A stretch of DNA of 64,000 bases from an uncultured Planctomycetota bacterium (lineage in GTDB: Bacteria; Planctomycetota; Planctomycetia; Isosphaerales; Isosphaeraceae): NCBI GenBank assembly GCA_963823665.1, contig CAWGMQ010000011.1:1024001-1088000 (forward strand). The letters run 5' to 3'. The position numbers and the translations under genes were made by a program. Positions 53,200-61,695 of the stretch are shown here, piece by piece. The stretch's first letter is position 1; each line of letters opens with the position of its first letter. The notes beneath the pieces were generated by a model. It did no database searches. It saw nothing but the letters and a program-made list of their open reading frames with translations, and had not been told where the DNA came from.

Positions 53200-53505
53200 A
53201 TGAGCATTATGCCATTGCGCTGTACGCTCACGTATTACGGCGAGGACGGCGAAAGCGTCGAGCATCACAAGAAGTGGTACCATTACCTGGTTGTGGCCAA
53301 TCCGGGCGCCTCACCGGGCTCAGCTGTGGCGAGCATCATCACGCTCTCCGACGCGCGAGCCGAATCGAGTGGCTCAAGCGGCGACGTGGAGCACACGATC
53401 TGCGCGTCGGAAGGGGGCATGGAAGCGTCGCTCAAGATGGCGGAAGACTTTTTGACGCAGCACCATCCCGGTCTCAAGCGCATCACCGGCAAAACACGCA
53501 GTTGA
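53200..53505 (+). CDS. Hypothetical protein
   Basis: GGGAG RBS; 101-aa ORF with typical codon usage. Confidence 0.6.
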   Translation: MSIMPLRCTLTYYGEDGESVEHHKKWYHYLVVANPGASPGSAVASIITLSDARAESSGSSGDVEHTICASEGGMEASLKMAEDFLTQHHPGLKRITGKTRS

Positions 53506-53767
53506 GCGAGTGTCGCCTTTGGCTCGGCGAAAATAGCGTCCCGGTCTCAACCGAATCACGAGCCAGTCGCGCACTTGAGCAGCGTTCCCAAGCGCGTTGC
53601 ATTCACGGCAGCCGCTAGGGATAATGGCGCTCGGCGGCGACGGTGACCGTGGTCGTCAGACCGTGGTTTTGGCGCGCATCAAGATCGATTCGGCGTATAC
53701 GCACGACTGAGGAAGCCGCGCGCCATTCCGCGAATAAGCCGTCTCCACTCAACCGAGGGAGCCGCCG

Positions 53768-54256
53768 ATGGATGCAAACGAAATCCTCCGGCAGATGACG
53801 ATCCCCAATCCGTGTTCCGTGGATTGGGGTCAAATGCGCGGCGACAACCGCAGGCGCCATTGCGAATCCTGCGGCAAGCACGTCTACGATCTCACGGCGA
53901 TGAACCCGAGCGAAGCGGCAGCACTGCTCAACTCACGGCAACCAGAAATCTGCGGCGTCGCCTACAAGAAGCCCAATGGAACGCTTTTCCTCTTCGACAG
54001 TGAGCCCGCGCCAGAGCCGGCGCCGGCACGCTGGCAGTTCCGGATTCGTTCGCTCATGGGCATCATCGCCGGTGTCGCGGCGGCCTTGGGTGTCGCCCGG
54101 GCCGTGACGGTCTCCGATCCGCCGGTGCCGGCGCAGCCGAAAAAGCCCACGGCTGCGAACGTCTCGCGGGTAATCGGTGCGCTCCGCCGCTATGATGGTC
54201 CAGTCAAGCCGCCTGACACGCCTGCCGGATGCAGTCAGTCCGACGCCTATCAATAA
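53768..54256 (+). CDS. Membrane protein with N-terminal Cys4 domain (paralogue 2)
   Basis: IPNPCSVDW..M.GD...RHCESCGKHV...ICG, then WQFRIRSLM plus a TM helix. Confidence 0.8.
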   Translation: MDANEILRQMTIPNPCSVDWGQMRGDNRRRHCESCGKHVYDLTAMNPSEAAALLNSRQPEICGVAYKKPNGTLFLFDSEPAPEPAPARWQFRIRSLMGIIAGVAAALGVARAVTVSDPPVPAQPKKPTAANVSRVIGALRRYDGPVKPPDTPAGCSQSDAYQ

Positions 54257-54259
54257 AGT

Positions 54260-55283
54260 TCACCGTCCCCCGTCCGGATCCGGCAGTGCCGGAATCACCG
54301 GCTTCCCTCCGGGCGGCGGGTCGACTTTGAGCGTGTAGATCTTGCTTCGCTCGTTGAGCGCGCTGAACTTGCCGTGATGCACCTGCACCTGGCCGTTGTG
54401 CTTCACGCGCACTTGCCAGTGGGTTGGTTTGGCGATCCCGCCGAATCCGCCCCAGTAAACGACGTACCACTTATAGATTCCGGGTGGGCCGGGGCCTTTC
54501 ACTTTTTCCGAGCCTGGTCCGTCTGTGTCAACGAGCCAGTATACGTTTTCGGGGCCGTATCCCCTGGTGTTGTCCACATCCAGCTCGCCGCCCAGGTTTC
54601 CCTTGGGGCTCTCCCAGAAGATCTCCTTACCGCCGGGCTCGAGCACGTGCAGGTCGAGGTCGACGTTGTCGGAATTCCAGATCAAGGTGAACTGCGGGTC
54701 ACCGACTTTCACCTGGACGCCCCGGATCACCTCGCCGCCTTCTCCGAACCGGGCCAGGCCGAAGCCGTCGCCGTCGCCTGCACCGGGGTTGGAATTCGCG
54801 TGGCCCCCGCTCGCGCTGGGATCCTTGGCGCCGGCCGCCTTGATCGCGTGGTCGAGGCTCGCGAGGCTCGAGGGGCGCAAGCGTTGGCGACATGAGCGCG
54901 GGCTCGGCCGCAACCTCGGGCGCAGCGGGCATCGCCAGAGGCGTGTTGAGCCCGCCGGTCAACTGGTCGCTTTCGAATACACCGTTGGGCGAGCCGGCGA
55001 GCCGGGAGTCAAACGTGGCCGGCCCATCCAGTCGCGGCGCGAAATACCAGCAGCCCAGAACGACGAGCAGAAGCACATGCCCCGCGAGCGAGCCGGCCCA
55101 GCCCTTGCGCACCTCCGGCGTCCAGTATTCCCAGTCGAGGATCGACGGTCGCGGCTCCAGTGGCTCGGCAAGGTCGACGTCGGGTGCCGCGGGCTTGGCC
55201 GCGCGCTCCGGCGGCCGCGCGATCGGAACCTTCGGTGCGGCGGCGGAATCCGAGGCTCGCGCTGTCGACGTGCTGCCCGCCAT
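54260..55283 (-). CDS. YfaP/DUF2135-like protein, frameshifted near 54860
   Basis: TM helix SLAGHVLLLV; LIWNSDNVDLDLHVLEP, GGELDVDN and GYGPENVY. Confidence 0.78.
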
Positions 55284-55577
55284 CGCCTCAACTATCCTCT
55301 CGGCGCGGAAAGCCGTTTAATGGCCTCCCCCGTGCGCCCGTTGATCGCGACCGCTTTTTTTCCACCGATCGAGCCAGTCCGATTTCTCTCGTCGGCCAGT
55401 TTACCACGCGCAAGAGTGTGCGCGAAAGCTCAAATCGGTTGCGGTTGACGATCCCTGCGGTTACAAGGGAATCTCGGTTGAATCGGATTTCCGCCGGGCG
55501 CCGCCGGTGACGGCGCCGGCAACTCTCACTCCGGAAGCTCGGTAGGTCGAGCGACACTCAACGTCCAGGGGCCGCAC

Positions 55578-56375
55578 TTGGATTCTCACCATCTCAAGCA
55601 GTTGCTCGAATCTGTGCGCGACGGCCGGCTGGCTCCCGATCAGGCCTTGCATCAAATTCGGATTCAGCCCTTTCAAGACGCCGGGGAATTCGCCAAGGTC
55701 GACCTGCATCGGGCAGTGCGGTGCGGATTTCCCGAGGTTGTCTTCGGCCAGGGCAAGACGGCCCCGCAGATCGAAGGCATCCTGCGCACGCTCGACGCAC
55801 ACGGCGAAGGCGGGCTGGTCACGCGGCTCGATCCCCAGGCCGCGCTGCACCTGATCAACGTCTTTCCGGCAGGCGAGCACAACCCGCTGGGGCGCACCTT
55901 CCGCATTCGCGGCAAGCGCGACGCCGAGCCCAAGCTGGGGAAGGTCGTGATCGTCACGGCCGGCACGAGCGACCTGCCGGTGGCCGAGGAAGCGAAGGTC
56001 ACAGCCGAAGCCTGGAACTGCGACGTGACGCTGGTCGCGGATGTCGGCGTTGCCGGGCTTCATCGCCTGCTGCACCAGCTCGAGCGCCTCGCTTCCGCCG
56101 ATGCCTTGGTTGTCGTCGCGGGCATGGAAGGCGCGCTGCCCAGCGTGGTCGGCGGGCTGGTCGATTGCCCTGTCATCGCCGTCCCGACCAGCATCGGCTA
56201 CGGCGCCCACTTCCACGGAGTGGCCGCGCTCCTGGGCATGCTCAATAGCTGCGCATCAAACGTAGTGGTGGTGAATATCGACGCCGGCTTCAGTGGCGGA
56301 CACGTCGCCAGCCTGATCGCGCACCGCATGGCCCAGGCGCGCGGCGTCAGCCCCACCGCCGGCAACGTGAGGTAA
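55578..56375 (+). CDS. larB: Nickel-pincer cofactor biosynthesis protein LarB
   Basis: GFPEVVFGQGKT, TAGTSDLPVAEEA, DVGVAGLHR, AGMEGALPSVV and PTSIGYG. Confidence 0.93.
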   Translation: MDSHHLKQLLESVRDGRLAPDQALHQIRIQPFQDAGEFAKVDLHRAVRCGFPEVVFGQGKTAPQIEGILRTLDAHGEGGLVTRLDPQAALHLINVFPAGEHNPLGRTFRIRGKRDAEPKLGKVVIVTAGTSDLPVAEEAKVTAEAWNCDVTLVADVGVAGLHRLLHQLERLASADALVVVAGMEGALPSVVGGLVDCPVIAVPTSIGYGAHFHGVAALLGMLNSCASNVVVVNIDAGFSGGHVASLIAHRMAQARGVSPTAGNVR

Positions 56376-56398
56376 AACACCGATCGGATGCGCAAGAA

Positions 56399-57302
56399 AT
56401 GAACAATCCCCTCGAAGCCATTGAAGCCGTTCCCGTCCTGGGCCCGCGCCGCGCGATAGCCACAAAGGACGATACGGGCACGTCCTCGTCATCGCCGGGT
56501 CCCGCGGCATGGCCGGCGCCGCCGCCCTGTGTGGCGCGGCGCGCTGCGATCCGGCGCCGGTCTCGTCCGCGTCGCCACGCCTGAGGAGGTCAACCCCACC
56601 GTCGCGAGCTTCGAGCCGTCGTACATGACCCATCCACTCCCGTGCGATTTGGCCGGCTGCATCGACTTCGCCGCTGCGCAACCGGTTCTCAAGCAATTGA
56701 TCGAGCCGGCAACGGTCATCGCGGTCGGCCCCGGGCTCGGCCAATCGCCGGGCATTCGAGCCCTCATCCCGTTCTTGATCGCCGAATCGGACAAGCCCCT
56801 CGTGATCGACGCCGACGGATTGAACGCCCTGGTCGGCCAGACGCAGATCCTGTCTGGATCGAAAAAGCCGGTTGTACTAACTCCCCATCCTGGCGAATTT
56901 GCCCGGCTTTCCGGCTTGCCCGTCGCGACCGTTCAAGCCGAGCGAATCGTTCGGACTGCTGCGTTCGCGGGGCAGGCCGAGCCATTGGTGGTCGTTCTCA
57001 AAGGCTTAGGCACAGTGGTGTCCGATGGAAAGAGGTATTACGTGAACACAACAGGGAACCCCGGGATGGCTACCGGCGGGGCCGGCGATGTTCTCACGGG
57101 CGTGATCGCCGCGCTCTTGGCTCAGAAACTCCCGGCGTTCGAGGCGGCGCAGCTCGGTGTGTTCATCCACGGAGTTGCCGGCGACATCGCCCGCGATCAG
57201 AATGGAGAAACAGGCTTGATTGCCGGTGACATCGTCGATGCCTTGCCCGATGCTTTTGTCCATACGATGCCCGATGCCGAACCGATCTATCCGCTCGAAT
57301 GA
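56399..57302 (+). CDS. nnrD: ADP/ATP-dependent NAD(P)H-hydrate dehydratase, frameshifted near the 5' end
   Basis: HKGRYG...AGS..MAGAA across frames; GPGLG, IDADG, LTPHPGEF, LKG and GGAGDVLTG. Confidence 0.9.
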
Positions 57303-57504
57303 ATGGCTCCGGGGCGGATTGAAATCGAAGTGAACGACTCGCCTGGATTGGTCGTATTCATGGAAACTGCCCTCAATGGCCTTTGCCGGGAGGGCGGCCT
57401 GGCGTAGAATGAATCCGTTGTCGGGGCCCGCAGCCAGACCTCGACGAGCTCCCATGCGGAGATTCACCGCGGTTCCATAGCGGAACAAGCGAAGGAGGCA
57501 GGTT

Positions 57505-58017
57505 GTGTCCACGCGAGAAAACCCGTCCCCCCCAGCCCCGGCCTGGACCTATCGCATGGAGGTCTCCCCGACGGGGCAGAATCCCACCGGTGCGATTGCC
57601 AACCCCAACGACCCGATTCTATTGCTCCACCTCCTGGCCAACCTGCAGAGTCAAACGCTTGAGGTGCAGCGCCAGCAACTCGACATGCAGCGCCAGCAGC
57701 TCGAAATCTCGCGTGAATTGCTCCAGGTCAACCGCGAACAGCGCGCCCGCCAGGCCTCCGAGCTCGAACGCTGGCAGGCCGGCCACGAGTCGATCCTCGA
57801 GACCTGCAAGGAAACGCTGGGCAAGCTCGAGCAGGTGCACGCCTCGCTCATGAGCGAGCTGGCGAACTACGTCGACGACAACCACGAAAACCTGCTCGAA
57901 GGAGACTTCTCCCTGAGCGATTTCGTCGACCGATTCGGCCCCCGGCTCGCCCATCTGAACACGATGCTGGCCGTGCTCCGCCCGCTCGCCGCTGCGAATC
58001 GCAAGACGGAAAGTTAA
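57505..58017 (+). CDS. Hypothetical coiled-coil protein
   Basis: AGGAGG RBS, GTG start, Gln/Glu-rich helix, DFVDRFGPRLAHL. Confidence 0.8.
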   Translation: MSTRENPSPPAPAWTYRMEVSPTGQNPTGAIANPNDPILLLHLLANLQSQTLEVQRQQLDMQRQQLEISRELLQVNREQRARQASELERWQAGHESILETCKETLGKLEQVHASLMSELANYVDDNHENLLEGDFSLSDFVDRFGPRLAHLNTMLAVLRPLAAANRKTES

Positions 58018-58048
58018 GCAAAATAAAGCGACTAGCGGTGAGCCCAGC

Positions 58049-58078
58049 GTAGGATGCGTGCAAGCACGGCCTGCACGC
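58049..58078 (+). repeat. Possible single GTAG-type REP hairpin
   Basis: GTAG followed by GCGTGCA...TGCACGC in a convergent intergenic region; single copy in this window. Confidence 0.3.
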
Positions 58079-58367
58079 GGTTCACGTTGGGTTGCACCGA
58101 GCCCGCACTGACGTTGCGCGCTACGAGGCCTTGCGCACGCAACGAGAGACACGACCGCTGGCCACGCGCGTGTCAATGGGGACAAGTTCAGGTTTGTCAC
58201 TGCGCCCGATGGACGCTACGCAACCAGACGCGCCATCGTGTCTTACTCACATCGCTCGCCGGAAGTCGGCACCGCGAAAGACGCCAGCGGAAGCCGGAAC
58301 CGGAACCCGCTGGCTTGGGGATATGTTGATCGATTGATCGACCGATGGCGCTAAAGTCAACTGCTGA

Positions 58368-58748
58368 TCAATAGCGCCGGCTGTCGTAGCCGCCACCACC
58401 GCCAGAGCGGCCTCGACCACCACCGCCTCCAGCGCCGCCGCCGCCTCCACCACCACGCCAGCCACCGCCGCCGCCACCACCGCCCCCGGGACGGGGCTCG
58501 CGAGGCCGGGCCTCGTTGACGGTCAGTCGACGGCCATCATGCTCCTGCTCATTCAAGGCGTCGATCGCCGATCGCGCCTCGGTCTCGTTGCTCATCTCCA
58601 CGAACCCGAAACCCTTGCTCCTGCCTGTGTCGCGGTCGGCAATGACCTCCGCGCTCTCAACGCTGCCGAACTGGGAGAACAGTTGCTCGAGATCGGAACT
58701 GCTCACCCGGTAAGTGAGGTTTCCGACGTACAGTTTCTTACCCACCAT
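58368..58748 (-). CDS. RRM-domain RNA-binding protein with Gly-rich tail
   Basis: LYVGNL (RNP2), KGFGFVEM (RNP1) and LTVNEARPR. Confidence 0.95.
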   Translation of the reverse strand: MVGKKLYVGNLTYRVSSSDLEQLFSQFGSVESAEVIADRDTGRSKGFGFVEMSNETEARSAIDALNEQEHDGRRLTVNEARPREPRPGGGGGGGGGWRGGGGGGGAGGGGGRGRSGGGGGYDSRRY

Positions 58749-59011
58749 CAATCTCCTGAAGCGGGGGATTCGATCCCCCCTTGAATCACGTTCCGGGTCG
58801 AATCGCAACAGGCCGACCGGAGGACCTGCGGTGGAAATGCGAGAGAGGCAAGTGAATCATTGCGGCGGAAAACCACAACACGCACTCATTCGGTTTCCAA
58901 CCGTGGATTAGTATAATCAAGCGACAATTGAGACGGGTAGACCGAATTTTTGAAATTGTCGTATTTTTTGAAATGTCGCGCGCCCGGGATGCGAAAGCAC
59001 TCCTTCAGGTG

Positions 59012-59530
59012 TCACTCATCAGACCGCGGTCCGCGGTCTAGGGCGTACTTGAGTACGCGCCGCCCCATGAGGTCGACGTCGCCTTGCAGGCTCATCCCCA
59101 GCCGCACTGCAACCGCGATCGAGTTGCCGTTTCCTGGCTGAATCAGGCTGATGACGCGATCCTTACCAAGACGATTGAAGGCGAAATCGATCGTGAGGAG
59201 CGCGGCCTCGGTCGCGTAACCCTTGCCCCAAAATCGCCTGCGCAGGGCCCAGCCAATCTCGAACCCTGGCCAGCCTTCCGGCTGCCAGCAGCCTACTCTG
59301 CCGGCGAGCTGCCCGCTGCGCCGCTCCTCGACCGCCCAGAGGCCGAATCCGCGCAAATGCCAGTGGCCGACGATGAAGGCCATGTGCCGCCACGCTTCGG
59401 CGCGAGTGAGCGTTTGCCCGTCGCCGAGGTAACGCATGACCTCCGCATCGGCACACATCTCGGCATACGCATCCAGATCCGACTCGCTCCACATCCTGAG
59501 CAACAGCCGCTCGGACTCTAGCGTATGCAT
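59012..59530 (-). CDS. GNAT N-acetyltransferase (RimJ/RimL type)
   Basis: LESERLLLR, EIGWAL...WGKGYATEAA and N..S..VA.RLG. Confidence 0.92.
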   Translation of the reverse strand: MHTLESERLLLRMWSESDLDAYAEMCADAEVMRYLGDGQTLTRAEAWRHMAFIVGHWHLRGFGLWAVEERRSGQLAGRVGCWQPEGWPGFEIGWALRRRFWGKGYATEAALLTIDFAFNRLGKDRVISLIQPGNGNSIAVAVRLGMSLQGDVDLMGRRVLKYALDRGPRSDE

Positions 59531-59535
59531 TTCTT

Positions 59536-60476
59536 TCACACGGCCTCGGGCTGGCCTTTCTTGCTGAGCGGCCACGGTCGCGGGATCTTGGTCTTGATCT
59601 CGCGCCAGATCGCCTCGCGCACCCGCGCTCCACTGTCCTTGACGATTCCCGAAAGCAAACGGGCCGCCTGGGCCGTGGCGGCCCGGCGCATTTGCGCCGC
59701 GGCTCGGCGACCAGCGATCCGCAGTACTCCTTGGCGACCATCCCGATCCGTAGGGTCAAGAATGCGTTCGTACTTCCGCTCATGAGGGAGTTCACCAGGA
59801 TGGTCGTGAAAACCTGGAAGCCCGGAATTGCACCCCCCACGGCCCCGACCGTTCCGGCCACGACCGGCTGAATCATCTGATGCAGCTCCAGATCGTCGAG
59901 CTCACCAGCGAGCAGAGAAGTGGCGGCCACATTGGCGTAAAGATGGGTAAGATCCCTGAGCGACGGCCGCTGATAGTAAAGTTGCGCGATCTTCCAGACC
60001 ATGCGTGATTGAGCGCTCAAGACGAGAAGCGCATCCAGCCGCCCGCTCTGGGAGACCGCCGTCGTGATAAACACGGTTGTCGCCGTCTGCTTGATCAGGG
60101 TGTCGGCTTCCGCATCCAGAGCGCAGATCGCATCCTCGACCTTCCGGCGATCGACCGGCCCGACGGTCTCGAGCTGAAGCTGGGGGTTGCTCGCCAGTCG
60201 GTTGCGCAATTGGGTGAGGTGTTCCTCGAATTCGGGGCCCGACTCAGCCGAAGGTGGCACGAGCGGCTTCGGCATGCGCAGGATCATGACCAGAGGCACG
60301 CCGATGGTCCCGGCGTAGACGGTCAGCAGAACCCAGAGCGTGGCCGTGCCGAAGGTGGGATGCACCTCCTTGGCAAGCTGCACGACTCCGGCCGTCTGGT
60401 TGATCACCACGAGCGTGCAGCTCAGGATGATCAATCCGCTTCCCAGCAGTGCAAATGTCTTGAGCGATTTCTTCAT
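59536..60476 (-). CDS. YcjF/DUF697-like membrane protein, frameshifted near 59690
   Basis: Two TM helices; VFITTAVSQSGRLDAL, YYQRP and NAFLTLRIG. Confidence 0.75.
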
Positions 60477-60667
60477 CAGCAACGACCCTGATCAAGCTGG
60501 TAAGGAAGAAAGCACGCCGACCCGGCACCCGCTTCATTAAAGGTTCTTCGTACCGAACGCGCCGAATATTAAAGCAGCAAATACGGGATAGAGCCAGCGT
60601 TCTGGGCGAGCGAGGGACGTGATTCTACAAAAACCCTGTTGGCCGTGCGCACACGTATCAGATCGAT

Positions 60668-61084
60668 TCAGTCTGGCGGCGGCCGATCGGATTCAACCGG
60701 CATCCAGGGGAATTCGGCAGCATGCCGGTACTTTCGGGACATCTCGACCGCCCAACGGTCTCGCGGGTCTGACGGATCGGGAAGCTCCGAGGGCCAGGGT
60801 TGTGGTCCGCGCACCATGTAATACCTGAACATCCACTCATACTGTCGCGCCCGTTCGCTGTACCGAACCGAGATCGACAGCATCCTGCACGACCAAGCCG
60901 CCAGGGCGACGATCACAACCGCTTTCATGATTCCTCGAATCGTGAATCGGAAGGGCTGGCGAACCGAGCGTCGGTCTCGAGTACCGGCGGGTTGACGCCG
61001 CGCCGCGATCAACTCCTCGACTCCTGGCAGCCAGGCGAATCGAGCGAGGTCACCGGTCGCTCTGCTGAGGAGAGCTCTCTTCAT
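60668..61084 (-). CDS. Small planctomycete membrane protein
   Basis: FRFTIRGIM plus a hydrophobic helix; C-terminal KYRHAAEFPW.PV..D.PPP. Start uncertain. Confidence 0.65.
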   Translation of the reverse strand: MKRALLSRATGDLARFAWLPGVEELIAARRQPAGTRDRRSVRQPFRFTIRGIMKAVVIVALAAWSCRMLSISVRYSERARQYEWMFRYYMVRGPQPWPSELPDPSDPRDRWAVEMSRKYRHAAEFPWMPVESDRPPPD

Positions 61085-61199
61085 CCGGACGACCTGCTTC
61101 CGCGATGATCTTGAGGAGCTGACCGCGTGAATGATCGCTCAATCCGAGCGATTGTTCAACTGGCGGCTGGTCTCCATCAGCGTTCGCCGCACTTCGCCT

Positions 61200-61568
61200 T
61201 CAGCCGCGCTGTTGGACGCCGCGCCGAGCCGATCGCTGCTTACGGTGATGAACGCCGAGCAGTACGAGCGTGGTGAGGATCGACGGCACGATCATGTCGG
61301 CCACGAATGCTCTCGCCTCCCACGCCTCGGGATCCGCCGCATGGAAGTACAGGATCCCGATCGCCGCCCCGATGCCAAATCCAACGGCCACGAACCCCAG
61401 CCGGTAGTGCCCACTTCGAAGATGAACGAAGTGCGCAATCAACGCGCCGGCGAATCCAAAGATAGCCGGCGCGGTCGGTGGAAACGTGACCGCCGTCGAC
61501 AAAATCGCGACCGCCACGACCATCTCCATCATCTGCCAGGTGGTGAATCCACGGCCGGACACGCGCAT
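61200..61568 (-). CDS. Small multi-pass membrane protein with prepilin-like N-terminus
   Basis: GAGG RBS; GRGFTTWQMMEMVVAVAIL; four hydrophobic segments. Confidence 0.65.
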   Translation of the reverse strand: MRVSGRGFTTWQMMEMVVAVAILSTAVTFPPTAPAIFGFAGALIAHFVHLRSGHYRLGFVAVGFGIGAAIGILYFHAADPEAWEARAFVADMIVPSILTTLVLLGVHHRKQRSARRGVQQRG

Positions 61569-61695
61569 GAGTTCGACCTCACTCGAACGCTGACGATCGC
61601 ACCGACCTACCTCGCCGGCAAAGATTCTTGAGGGACTTTCCTCCGTGAAAGGCTACTTGTATCATACGGTCCAGATGACCGGATGGGAGTAACCG

